Positions 1-10,820 of a stretch of 64,000 nucleotides of DNA are shown piece by piece (the first letter of the stretch is position 1; every line of letters begins with the position of its first letter). The position numbers were made by a program, and so were the translations under genes. The stretch is from Rebecca billardiae RCC1528 (taxonomy: Eukaryota > Protista > Haptophyta): contig OZ251224.1 of NCBI GenBank assembly GCA_965240325.2, forward strand, positions 2,666,001 through 2,730,000, written 5' to 3'. Under the pieces are notes generated by a model, which saw only the letters and a program-made list of their open reading frames with translations, ran no database searches and was not told the origin of the DNA.

Positions 1-226
1 TGATGCACACGTCCAGGGCCAGGACGAGCATGGATCTCTCCGTGACGAAGAGTAGCATCACTACCAACAGCGTGTTCAGCAGAATCAGCACGGCATAAAA
101 TGCCTGGTACTCGCGCGAGTACAGCAGCCGGTTGCCGATGATCATCAACATCTCAGACAACGTGGGCGTGTGGTCGGGGTGCTCATCGGTCGAGATGGAG
201 AGGCTCACACGGACCCCTTCCTGCAT
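1..226 (-). CDS. 5' part of a membrane protein, possibly a voltage-sensor/ion-transport domain (runs off the window edge)
   Basis: Manual translation from ATG 226: [75 protein letters not shown]. Two hydrophobic helices with an S1-like 'LILLN' and an S2-like acidic residue. Not in the ORF track because it is truncated. Confidence 0.55.
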   Translation of the reverse strand, partial: MQEGVRVSLSISTDEHPDHTPTLSEMLMIIGNRLLYSREYQAFYAVLILLNTLLVVMLLFVTERSMLVLALDVCI

Positions 227-555
227 GGCTGGCGCCTCGCCCGGGCACACCGCGCGAGGGGGCTCGCCCGAAGCAGGAGCCTGCGCCGCGATCGTGCTGT
301 GCTGTGTCGTCGCCGCGCGTCGCGGGCTGCTGGGTGCTCGCGCAGCACCCGTCCTGTTCTCGCCGGTGCGCAGCCGGCCACCCCGGCAAAAAGGCGCAAA
401 GAAGCCATGCGGACGCGGGGATTCTTTCATTTCTTTGTTGTTGGGATCAGCATGGCCGCCGTCGTCCACGGATGCATGCTGTCCTGCTCGCCCCACGACG
501 GGCAGAGTCTACAACGAGGTGGCATCTAGACAGGCACGACGGCATCAGATCTGTG

Positions 556-2935
556 TCATGCATTCCCTAAGATCTTCTTGATGATCTTGACGAGCGAGTC
601 GACGCCGGTCAAGTAGCCGTCCTCGTCTGTGCCCTGCTTCCACGCGGCGCGGTGCGTCAGCTTGCGGCTGTCGGCGACGCGGTGTGAGTGGGCGAAGTCG
701 ATCATCTTCACCTCGAGCGCCGCGGGGCTCGTGATCGAGATCAGGTCCTCCGCGCTGCCGCCTTGCTTGATGAGCTTGGCGTGCGCGTCGTGGTCGTACA
801 CGATCAGAATCGACGAGCGCACAAACGCGTGCTTGTGGAAGAAGGTCGAGCGCTCGAGCGCGCTGCGCATGTGCTCGAGCTTGATGAGCACCGCCTTGAG
901 CAGCACGGGCGACGCCTGGAAGAACGTCTCCATCGTCTTTACGACCTGCGCCTCGTCCTTGAGCGCGCGGAAGTTCACGTCGATCGGCTGCCGCTTCTTG
1001 CCCTTGTCCTTTGAGATCATCGCCGCGTCGATCCGGAAGCCGAGGGTGGAGGTGGAGGTGAGCGTGTCGCGGTAGCGCAGGTAGCGCACCTTCGTCACGC
1101 CCCCGGCCGCCCGCTCCTCGGCCTTCGCCTCGTTCTTGTCGATCGCGTCCTGCGCGCGCGCGGGCGTGCGTGGCACAGGGCGGGAGTGCACGGCGCGGGT
1201 GAGAGCGCGCTGCGCCGCGCGCCGCCTGCGCACGGCCGCGGCCGCAGCGCACCATCTTCTTGAGGAGGTCCGGGCGCGGCGTCTTGTCGCTCAGCTCGGC
1301 CTCCAGCACCGTGCGCGTGCCCATCTTGATATCCATCACGCACGGCGACGACATCCCGGCGGTGAGGTCCTGCACGAGCACGCTGACCGAGTGCTCGAGG
1401 TCGATGTCGTGCTCGCTCCGCGTCTCGGAGCGGCCGGTGAGCGCCTGCGCGCGCGCGTTCGCGTCGCTGTCCGCGTCCTGCAGGCCGTAGAGGATGGGCG
1501 CGTACGAGGAGACGTCCGAGGCGGAGAAGGCCTTGTAGAACTCGTACTCCTCCTGCGACGTCTTCTTCACCAGCGTCGTCTGCCCCGCGCGGCGCAGCGT
1601 GCCCTCGTGCCCCGCCACCTGCATGAGCGGCGTGATCGCGTCCTGAATGTCCTGGTCAGTGACCTGCACGCGCACGTTAGGCTGAGCGGCGAGCGGCTGC
1701 TTGTCGTTCTTGGTGAGCCACGCGTTGAGCCGGAGCTGGTTGAGCGTCATGCGCTGGTCGCTCGCCTTCGTCAGCATCGCGCTGATCAGCGCCTTGAGCC
1801 CGTCGCTCACCTTGGCCTTGCTGTCCTTTGGCTGCTCCACCACTGGCGGACATCTCTGCGCGGCGCGCGGCGCGCAGTGCGGCGGCGGGTCGCGCCAGGC
1901 GCGGGCGCGCCGCGGGCGGGAGAGGCCGTGAGCGCGCGCCAGGCGTGCGCCGGGCCGCGCGGGCTTGGCGAGGGCCGGCCGTCGCGCGCCGCCGCGCGCC
2001 GCCGCGCACCGCGATCTTCTCCATGATCAGCATCGGCGTGGCCTCGTTGAAGGGCGCGCTCGCGTACACCCACAAGTGCAGGGTCACTCCGAGCGCCCAC
2101 ATGTCACACATGCGCCCGTCGAACTTGCCCGACTGCGCGGTGTCGCACATCTCGGGCGCGAAGAAGGCCGGGGTGCCCGCCGTCTTCTGCGAGTCCGCAG
2201 ACGCCTCGGCGAAGATGGCCGTCCCGAAGTCAGCGATCTTCAGCACGCCATCGCGCCTGCGCGCGGCGCGCGGCGCGCAGCCGAGCGGAGCGCACGCGCA
2301 CGTGTGAGCGCGGAGCGGCGCGCATGACCGTGGCGCCGTGAGCGGCTGGCGGGCGGCAGGCGGGCGGCGCGCGCCGAGGGCGCGCACTTGGAGACGAGCA
2401 GGTTGTCCGGCTTGATGTCGCGATGCACGATCCCGTTCATGTGCAGGTACTCGAGGCCGAGCACGAGGTGCCGCATGTGCGACCAGATCGCCGCCTCCTT
2501 GAGCGGTATTGGCGTGCCGTCGCGGCCGAGGGCCTGGGAGGAGCCGCCGTCGACGAACTCGAGGACGATGAAGACCTCGTCTGCGCTCGGGTCGTCGATC
2601 ACCTCGTGCATCCCCACGCAGTTCGGGTGGCGGATCTTCTTCATGAGCGCAATCTCCGCCTTCACCGTGTCGAGCGCCGAGCCAAACTTGCCCTGCCGCT
2701 GCCGCTTGAGCGCGGACTTTTTGAGCATCTTGATGGCGACCTTCTGGCCCTTCGCCGTCGCCAGGTACACCTCGCCGAACGACCCCTTCCCCAGCTGCTT
2801 CGTCACCTGGTACTCGTTGACGCTCTTCACCCACACGCCCTGCTTGATGAGCTGCGCCTTGTTCGACAGCCGCGGCTCGGGCATGCTCGCCGTCGCCTGA
2901 CGGCCTTGCTCGCTGGCGGAGTGAAAGTTCCCCAT
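556..2935 (-). CDS. CAMKK-like Ser/Thr kinase fused to a C-terminal inositol polyphosphate kinase (IPK) domain, 4 exons
   Basis: Exons 2935-2388, 2256-2010, 1855-1253 and 1149-556 join in frame (1992 nt) via GT-AG introns. Kinase motifs GKGSFG, VAIK, HRDIKPDN, DFG, GTPAFFAPE. IPK motifs PCVMDIKMG, STSTLGFRI, SSILIVYD, MIDFAH, DGYLTGVDSL. Confidence 0.9.
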
Positions 2936-3345
2936 GGTTTGCTGCTGGCTGGATGCTGCCCGCGCGCACCCGTTGCCCATGCACTCTCCGCCGAGCCGGA
3001 GGAACAAGCCGTCCCCGGGCAACCGGGCTTGCAGGGGGGGGGGTCGCCGGCGCCGTCAGGCAGGCGCGCTTGAGCGCCAAAATACATATTTGAGTGGGGC
3101 GGAGGTAGCGGAGGCGGAAAAGCAAGTCTGAGTTTGACGACGTTTCGGCCCTTCGGCTTGGTTTCGGCAAAACGACTTCTGTGCAAGTCAGCAACGTCAG
3201 CATGGCTGCGTCGGCAATCCCCTTCACACGACATGCACGACATGCAGTTCTCTCATTCTTTATAGTGCGGCGGTGCGTTGACACGGCATTCGTTCGTTCA
3301 CACGGCTGAACATTCACACGGCATGCCTGAACGCGGGCGGAGCGC

Positions 3346-5346
3346 TCAGGCAGGGCCAGCACGCGCGTACCGCGCGAACCAGCGGCGTGGCGCCTCGTGG
3401 ACTTCAAAGAAGCCGCGCCAGGCGGCACGCCTGGCCGTCGAGGGCGCGATGAGCGGGTCGAGCCACAGCCGCACGTGCTCGCTGCGTAGGAAGCGGCGCA
3501 GCGCGTCGCGTCCGGCGTCCGTCTCCATTGCGGCCGCGTCCGAGAAGGCGGCGCAGAACGCCTTGGCGCGCGGGTTGGCGGTGATCGTGCTCGCCGAGAA
3601 GTTGGCGACCTCCATCCCCTCCAGCGTCCGGCCGCGACTGAGCGCGACGTACCCCTGCCCCTCGGCGAAGACACCGCGCAAGTCCACCTTCACGCGGTCG
3701 AGTGTCGCGCCCTGCGCCTTGTGCACCGTGAGCGCCCACGCGAGCTTGAGCGGGAGCTGCACGCGCACGCACTTGCCCCTAAGGTACACGTCCTTCTCGA
3801 AGCGCTCAGGCACGATCGTCTTGGTGCGCCCGTTTGCGAAGACCACCTGCGGGCAGAGCGGCCCGCGCGGCTCGCGAGCCGGAGCGGCAGCGTCCGCGCG
3901 CGGCCGTTTCCGTGCGGGCGACGCGCCCCCGGCGGCGCGCGCGCCCTCCTCCTCCTCCGGCGGCTCGACGAACGCGCGCACCACGCCGCGACTGCCGTTC
4001 ACTAGCCGCGCGGCCGGGGGCACGCCGTCGCCCACGTCGAGATTCTTGACGAGCATCACCTGCGCTCCGACGGCGAGCTCGAGCTCAGGCGGCACGCGGC
4101 ACAGGCCGGGCTTGGAGAAGAAGTCGTCGCGGCGCAGCGCGTCGCGCACCCACTCGGGGGCCGAGCCGGCCGGCTCGACGCTGTCCACCGCGACGAAGCG
4201 GTGGCGCGGGCCGCCAAGCCTCAGCAGCTCCGCAGCGTTGAGCTCGTCGACCCGTGCGTTGGTCGCGTGCAGCACGGTAGGCTTCACGCCGTCGGCGGAC
4301 TCGCCGAGCGGGCGGGCGAGCGTGCGCGAGAAGAGCGTGTCGGCCTCGCCACCGGGGGCCACCTCGCCCTGCCGCACCGCCTCGAGGCAGCGCACAAGCT
4401 GCTCGTCGGCCTGGCGGAACACGCGCTTCAGCTCGACGCACGCAAACGACGCCTCGCGGAAGCACGCGCTCTCGAAGGCGAGCCCGCCGAGCTCAGCGAC
4501 GCCGATGGGCACGTTGCCGTGGACGCGCTGCGCGCCGTGGGGCGGGTCGCCCGCGTCGAGCGAGACCCGCCTCTCCGGCACCGGCGGCAGCTGCAGCATG
4601 TCCCCGCACAAGACCAGCTGCAACCCACCGAACGGCGCGTCCGAGCCTCGGAGCGCGCGCACCGAGTGATCGATCCAATCGAGCAGCTCGGCGGAGAGCA
4701 TCGAGACCTCGTCGAGGACGAGGGTGTGCAGCCGGCGCCACGCGGCCTTGGGCGCGCGGCTCCACATCTTCTCCATGTCGCGCGCGCACACGGGCACACC
4801 GCAGCCCGCGAGTGAGTGCAGCGTCTGGCCCGAAACGCTGATGGCGGCCACACCGGTCGGCGCGGTCGCGGCGTACTCGATCTGCCGCGCGCGGAGCTCA
4901 CGCAGGGCGAGCTCGAGCGCGAACGACTTGCCCGTGCCCGCGACGCCCTGCAGGAGCACGTTCTCCCCCTGGAGCACGAGCTCGACGAAGCGCCGCTGCT
5001 GCGCGTCCAGTGTCGGCGGCAGGTCGGGGCGCGCCGAGCGCGCGCGCGGCGACGCCGGCGCTGCTGGCCCGGCCGCGTCAGCGGGCTTGTGCGCGAAGGC
5101 GCTAAAGTCGACGAGGTCGGCCGTGGGCTTCGCCTCGGGCGAGTGCGTCGCAGCCGCGCGATGGCCGCTTGCCGGCGCGTGGCCCGCCAGCCACGCGCTC
5201 GCCTCGGCAGCGTCAGGGAAGGACTTGTGCAGCGCGCCAGCGAAGCCATTGACCTGGGCGGAGGCGTCGTCCCACGTGGTGAATACGCCGGTCTGCCGCC
5301 CGACCGCGACCGCATACCAGCGTGGCCCCTTCTTCCCCTTGGGCAT
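3346..5346 (-). CDS. PIF1: Pif1-family 5'-3' DNA helicase with an N-terminal RNase H1 hybrid-binding (caulimovirus viroplasmin-like) domain
   Basis: Single exon. Motifs GVAGTGKS, TAPTGVAA, LDEVSML, PFGGLQLVLCGDMLQLPPV, VFRQ, GAQVMLVKN, QLPLKLAWALTVHKAQGATL, GQGYVALSR. N-terminus WYAVAVGRQTGVFTTWDDASAQVNGFAGALHKSF. Confidence 0.92.
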   Translation of the reverse strand: MPKGKKGPRWYAVAVGRQTGVFTTWDDASAQVNGFAGALHKSFPDAAEASAWLAGHAPASGHRAAATHSPEAKPTADLVDFSAFAHKPADAAGPAAPASPRARSARPDLPPTLDAQQRRFVELVLQGENVLLQGVAGTGKSFALELALRELRARQIEYAATAPTGVAAISVSGQTLHSLAGCGVPVCARDMEKMWSRAPKAAWRRLHTLVLDEVSMLSAELLDWIDHSVRALRGSDAPFGGLQLVLCGDMLQLPPVPERRVSLDAGDPPHGAQRVHGNVPIGVAELGGLAFESACFREASFACVELKRVFRQADEQLVRCLEAVRQGEVAPGGEADTLFSRTLARPLGESADGVKPTVLHATNARVDELNAAELLRLGGPRHRFVAVDSVEPAGSAPEWVRDALRRDDFFSKPGLCRVPPELELAVGAQVMLVKNLDVGDGVPPAARLVNGSRGVVRAFVEPPEEEEGARAAGGASPARKRPRADAAAPAREPRGPLCPQVVFANGRTKTIVPERFEKDVYLRGKCVRVQLPLKLAWALTVHKAQGATLDRVKVDLRGVFAEGQGYVALSRGRTLEGMEVANFSASTITANPRAKAFCAAFSDAAAMETDAGRDALRRFLRSEHVRLWLDPLIAPSTARRAAWRGFFEVHEAPRRWFARYARAGPA

Positions 5347-5588
5347 GGCGGTCCTCACCACGTTGGACACGCGTGGGCCGCCGCCATCATTGCGGTGTCC
5401 GGACCGGCCGACCGCGGTCCGCGCGGGCGGGCCCGCGCGGGGCCGCCGATCCTGGTCAAGTTGGAGTCCGGGTGCCTAGCGGGGACGCCATTTCTCTCGA
5501 TCGGCTGCTCGCCGAAAGGGCGGCGGCGCCTGCTGCACGCTCACGGCGGCGTTGCGACGCGCGGTCTCCGCGCGAGAGGCGCTGCGCG

Positions 5589-8500
5589 ATGAGCTCTAGC
5601 GCGAGGAGGAACTCGCACCCGCCGAATGCGGCGGGACCTAGCGGCGCCACGGCGCGGCCCGTCGCGGTGCAGAAGTCGGGCTCCAGCGCTTCGTTGCGCT
5701 CACAGTCGTCGAGCGCGCCGACGCACCACGTGGCGGCGATTCAGAACAACCCGAGGGTGCGTCGCCCGGCGCGCCCGGGAGCACGGTCCGCGTACGCACC
5801 ATAGCACCCGCCTCACGCCGCGTGCCCTCGCGCGATCGCGCGCTGCCCGCGCGCACGCGCGCGCCGGGTGCGGTCGCGTGCGCACGCAGCCTTCCATCTT
5901 CTCCGTCATCTCTGGGGACGAGTATGAGAGCTGGTACGAGATGGCGACGGACTTCACCACGCCGGCGAGCTCGGCGTCGTCGTTCGCGCCCTCGCTCGAC
6001 CCCTCCTCCGCCGAGGCGAGGGCGCTCAACGAGGCGAGCCTCGCCGAGTTCGGATCGTACTTGAAGACTGTCGGTGAGCCCTACAGCCAGTTTGCCGCCA
6101 ACAGGCGCGAGCCGGTGCCCGAGCAGGCGGGCAAGGCGCGCGAGGGCGAGCCGGCCGGCGGCGCGGTGCGGCAGACGATCGCGCCGGTCACGGCACAGCC
6201 CGTCAGCCTGGAGGAGGTCCCCGAGGTACGCGCAGGCGCAGCCGCGCGCTGCGCGCGCGCGCGTGCTGCGCGCTGCGAGCGCAGCCCTCACCCCTCGCGC
6301 TGCCGCGCCGCGCGCGCGCGCGCGCAGGTGCTGTTCGACGAGAACTTCCGGCTGGAGGACCCGGAGACGTTCGCGTTCTTCTCGCCCGAGGGCACGCCCG
6401 CCTCGACGATGGTGCTGCAGGAGCGGCTCACGCACTACCTCGACCTCGTCGAGGTGAACCTGCTCCATGCAGTTTCGACCCGCTCGGAGGACTTCTATAC
6501 TGCGCTCGGCTCGTGGCAGGAGCTCACGGAGGAGGTGAAGCGCGGGTGCGAGCAGATCGACCGGCTGCGCGCGCACGTGGGCGCGATCGACCAGCGCCTC
6601 GCGCGCACCGCGCTCCGCCTCCCCTTCCTCGGCCGGAAGCGCTCCAACCAGCTCCGCCTGCATAAGAAGTTGTCGCTCCTCGCGACCATCCGAAAGGCGC
6701 AACCGACCATCCAGGCGCTACTGCTGGCGGAGGACTTCGTCGGCGCGCTCGAGCTGATCAGCTCGACGCAGGCGGTGCTGCGCGACGAGCTCGCGGGCGT
6801 GCGCTGCTTCATGCACCTCGACGAGCAGCTCGCCGAGACCGCGGCGATGCTCTCGCGGCTCATGACGCAGGTGCGCTCGCCGCGCGCTGAGCCGGCGCGC
6901 GCCGCGCGCGGCCGGGGCAGTTGGTTGTGTCTGTCCGCCTGTGCCCGAGGCAGTTGGTTGTGTCTGTCTGTGCTCTCGCCCTCGCCCTCACAGCCGCGCT
7001 GCCGACGCACGCGCGCGAGGGCACGCGTGCGCGCGCGGGCCTGGCGCGCCGCCCTCGCTCACGCCCGCGCCGCGCGCGCCGCCCCGACACGGCGCAGGAG
7101 TTCATGCGCACCATGCTGCCACGTCTTGTGACAGACGTCGATGGCGCCGACGGCGGCGGCGCCGACTCCGGCGGCGGCGCCGCGCCCGCGCGCGCGGCGG
7201 GCACGGACGCGGCGGGCAAGCCGCTCTCGCTCGACGCGCTCGGCGCGCGGATCACGCCGCTGCTGATCGGGCTCGTCCGCCAGCGCGTCGCCGCCGAGTG
7301 CCTCAGCGGCTACTTCGCCAAGCTGCAGGCTGAGCTGAAGGGTCTGGTCAAATTCTGCGTGAGCGCGGGGCTTTCGGAGCAGCGGTCGATCTCCAAGGCG
7401 GAGAGTGGCGGCGGCGGCGGCGGCGCGGACGGCGCGGCGCGGCCGACGGAGCTCTCCGCCGCGGCGGTGGGCGCGGCGCGCGCGCTGACGGACGAGGCGG
7501 ACGCCTCCGGCGCGGCGGGCACCATCGCCGACCAGCTCAGCGCGCTCAGCACCGAGCAGTTCATCGCCGTGCTCGGCGGCGTCGAGGGCGCGCTGATTGC
7601 TGAGCTCGAGCGCGCCGCGGTCGCGTGTGATGCACTCAAGGTGATCGTCGAGGGGCGGCGCAAGCTGCGCGGCGCGGCGGAGGCGCGGGCGCGCGGCGCG
7701 GGCGCGGCGCGCGCGAAGGAGAACGGCGACGTGCCCGCCGACGCCGCCGACGCCGACGCGGAGGCTGCGCCGCCAGCGGCCGCGGCCAACGGCGGCAGCG
7801 GCGCCGAGCGCGCGCCGGCCGCCGCCGCCGCGGCCGACGCAAGCGCGGCGGCTGCGCAGGATGCGAGCGACGGCGAGCTGGACACCGCGCTGCTCGCGAG
7901 CGCGACGCGGGAGTTCGGCGCGGCGTGCGAGACGGCGGCCGAGCGCTTCGCCAAGCTCCTCGGCGCGCGCGTCGACGTGCACGTGCGCGCGGCGCTCGGC
8001 GACTTTGTGTCGACGCACCGCGCGGCGCTGCGCTTTGCGACGACGGTCGAGCGACTGGGCGGCGAGCCGTGCGCCTCGCTGCGGAGCACGCTCGCGGCGC
8101 AGGCGCGCGCGTTCGCGGACAACTCGCACGACGCGACGAAGCAGAAGCTGCAGTCGACGCTCGACTGCGAGCGCTGGGCGCAGGCCGAGGTGCACCCGCG
8201 CTTCCAGGCCATCGCCGACGCGATCGTCGAGACGTCCACCGCCGCTGACGAGGCCGCAGCACTCACGCTCGGCGAGCGTGCCGACTCTGCGTCTGGCAAG
8301 CCCGCGCCCGCCATCGTGGTCGACGGCTCGCCGTTCCGCACGGTGGGCTCGGCGCTGCTCCTGGTCGAGCTGCTCGGCCACTACGTCCAGCTCGCGCGCC
8401 TCTTCCCCGCCATCGCCATCCACCTGCTGCCGCAGCTTGTCGACGCGCTCGCGCTTTTCAACTCGCGCTCGTGCACGCTCGTCCTCGGAGCGCAGGCGAT

Positions 8501-9246
8501 CCAACTGGTTGGGCTCGCGCGGATCTCGTCCAAGATCCTCGCGCTACTCTCGCAGTCGCTCGGACTGTGCATCGCGCTGATGCCGCACATCCGCGCGCAC
8601 CTCGCCATCCAGCTGCCCACCAAGCACCACGGCATGCTCTCGCAGGTGTGCGCGCCGCGCTGCGCCTCACCACCCCGCCTCGAGCGCACATCCGCCGGAC
8701 GCCGCCTGCGTCGCGCGCGTCGCGCGTCGCGCGCGCGCCGCGCGCCGCCCCGCGCTGAGCTTACCCCGCGGCACGCCCGGCGCGCGCGCGCGCGCGCGCG
8801 AGCAGCTCGACCGCGTCCTGCACGACTACCGCGAGCACCAGAAGAAGGTCTTCGCCAAGCTCGTCTCCATCATGCTAGACCGGGTGGACAACTCGGACGG
8901 CATGCAGGCGGCTCTCTCGGGCGCGGTCGCCGTGATGCCCGGCCAGCCGTCGCAGTACATGACCGAGCTGGTGAAGGATGCGCAGAACCTGCACCGCGTG
9001 CTGCTGCCCATCCTCACGCGCGAGCAGATGGAGGACGTCTACTCCCAGATCCTCGCGGGCTTCGACACCAAGCTCGTCTCGATCTACTCGTCGACCAACT
9101 ACTCAGACCAGCGCGTGTCGCACCGGATCACGACCGACATCGCGCACCTCATCACGTCGATGATGCAGCTGCAGCCCGACTCGACGCAGCTGTGCTGCCC
9201 GCAGCTCGCCAAATTCGCGCAGAACATCTCCGGTGGCGCCGGCTGA
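5589..9246 (+). CDS. VPS54: GARP complex subunit Vps54, 5 exons
   Basis: Exons 5589-5756, 5890-6225, 6328-6870, 7098-8645 and 8806-9246 are all phase-consistent. Motifs NNPR, FDENFRLEDPETF, LQERLTHYLDLVEVNL..RSEDF, LDCERWAQAEV, FNSRSCTLVLGAQAI, DYREHQKKVFAKLVSIM. Confidence 0.92.
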
Positions 9247-10820
9247 GCCGTGCACCCGAGCTGGTAGCATCTAGCAGCCGGTCAGCGACTACGGTTCAGC
9301 GGCCAGTCTGGCTATGGCGGCTCTGGGTCTGGGACGCATGCGCGCTTGCGAACGGCCTCAGGCTCAGCCCTGCCGATGCCAGGACGGTTACGAGCTTACG
9401 ACCAGCAGGTCCAGAACTACTGCTCACTGATTATCACTGCGCGCTGCATCATATATATGATTGATGCGCCCGCGGCGGCGGATGACTCCGCACCCGCATC
9501 ACCGTCGACGACTCAGGGCCTGTTTTATTTCTACCAGATTCCATTTACTATGTCACGGCGACAAACCCGTGCTCGCCAGTGGGAATCGGTGTCACGCTCC
9601 GTTGGGTGTACCTCTCACGGCCGATGGCGGCCCCCACGTGCGCAAGGAATGCGATTCGTGCACTCCTCGGTGACCGGTGAGTGCACGAATCCAGTTGCGG
9701 CGCTCGTCCGCCTCGTCGTTGTCGCACACGAGGTACACCCAACACCATGGGTCGGATCCCAGAACTCTCCGCGCGCTCGCGCCTGCGCGGCACTGGCAGG
9801 CTTGTTCTCATCATCTTGGCCAAGACTGCAGCCTGAAAGATGCGCGAGGGCGCGTGTGCACGCCTTTCCGCGCGTCATGGGTGCGCGTGGCACGCACCTT
9901 GTAATATTATACGCCGAGGAGGCCTGAGCATCCGGCCTACTAACCTTCCGCGATCACGTTCAAATGCAGGCAGCAAGCTGCAAGCAAGCGCACGCCGAAC
10001 GGAAGCATCTCAAGCTCGACAAGGTAGTGGCGGCGGAGCGTTTAGAGCTGGTGGCGATTGCAGTCCATCTGGCTGTGAACTGGTCGCTAACTGACACGGG
10101 TGCGACGCAGCAGCCAAGGCAGAGTGCTTGCAGCTTGCAGAGGGCCTCCAGCTGCAGCGCCGGTTTGCCGCCGCTCGCCGCCGCTGCATCGTGCACACTG
10201 CCGTGCACCGCGAGTGACCCCTGTGTCAAGGCGAAGCACCACGGCAAGGCGAATCAGCATGTCTGACAACACCCTTCGCCACAGCGCAGCGCCTCAACAC
10301 GAGAATGCGCGAATGACGTGCCATCACTTCTCCGGACTAGCTCCGGGGCCCGCACCAGCGGGCAAGCCGCCATTGTACCGCGTTTTGGCGAATGTCGCCT
10401 TTGGGCTCTCGTAGAAATAAAACAGGCCTCAGACATCCGCCACATCCGACATCGCCATCGGACTGCTGGCATCATCAGTGTCTGCTGCTGAAATCTGATC
10501 CACGGGCACGGTGGCGACTGCGGACTGGCGAGTGGCGTAGCCGTAGGTCGGTGGCGGACTGATTAGACGGACTCCGTCTACTCATCAGCTCAGTCACGAC
10601 AGATCGACGCAAAGGCACAATATATTATAACCGCGGCATCACTCCGTGCCGGATATGGACGACGACTGCCGCCGCTGCTAGCTGGCCGCCCAGCTCAGAT
10701 AAGTGTAGTCGTCTGAAGTGATGATATATACCGCCACTCGCCAGAGCTCGCAGCGCGGCAGGCGGCAGCGTCATCAGGCTCATCAGAGGCAGCCAGCTCG
10801 GCGCACGCTCGTCATAGTCG

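Noticed and set aside
3346-5346. Pif1 as the helicase of an autonomous Helitron driving the 46-49 kb elements
   Set aside because: No HUH Rep domain and no element termini. It sits among housekeeping genes and looks like a cellular Pif1.
9346-10475. ORFs of 60-190 aa between VPS54 and the lipase
   Set aside because: No motifs and non-coding-like composition. Treated as UTR/intergenic or decayed sequence.
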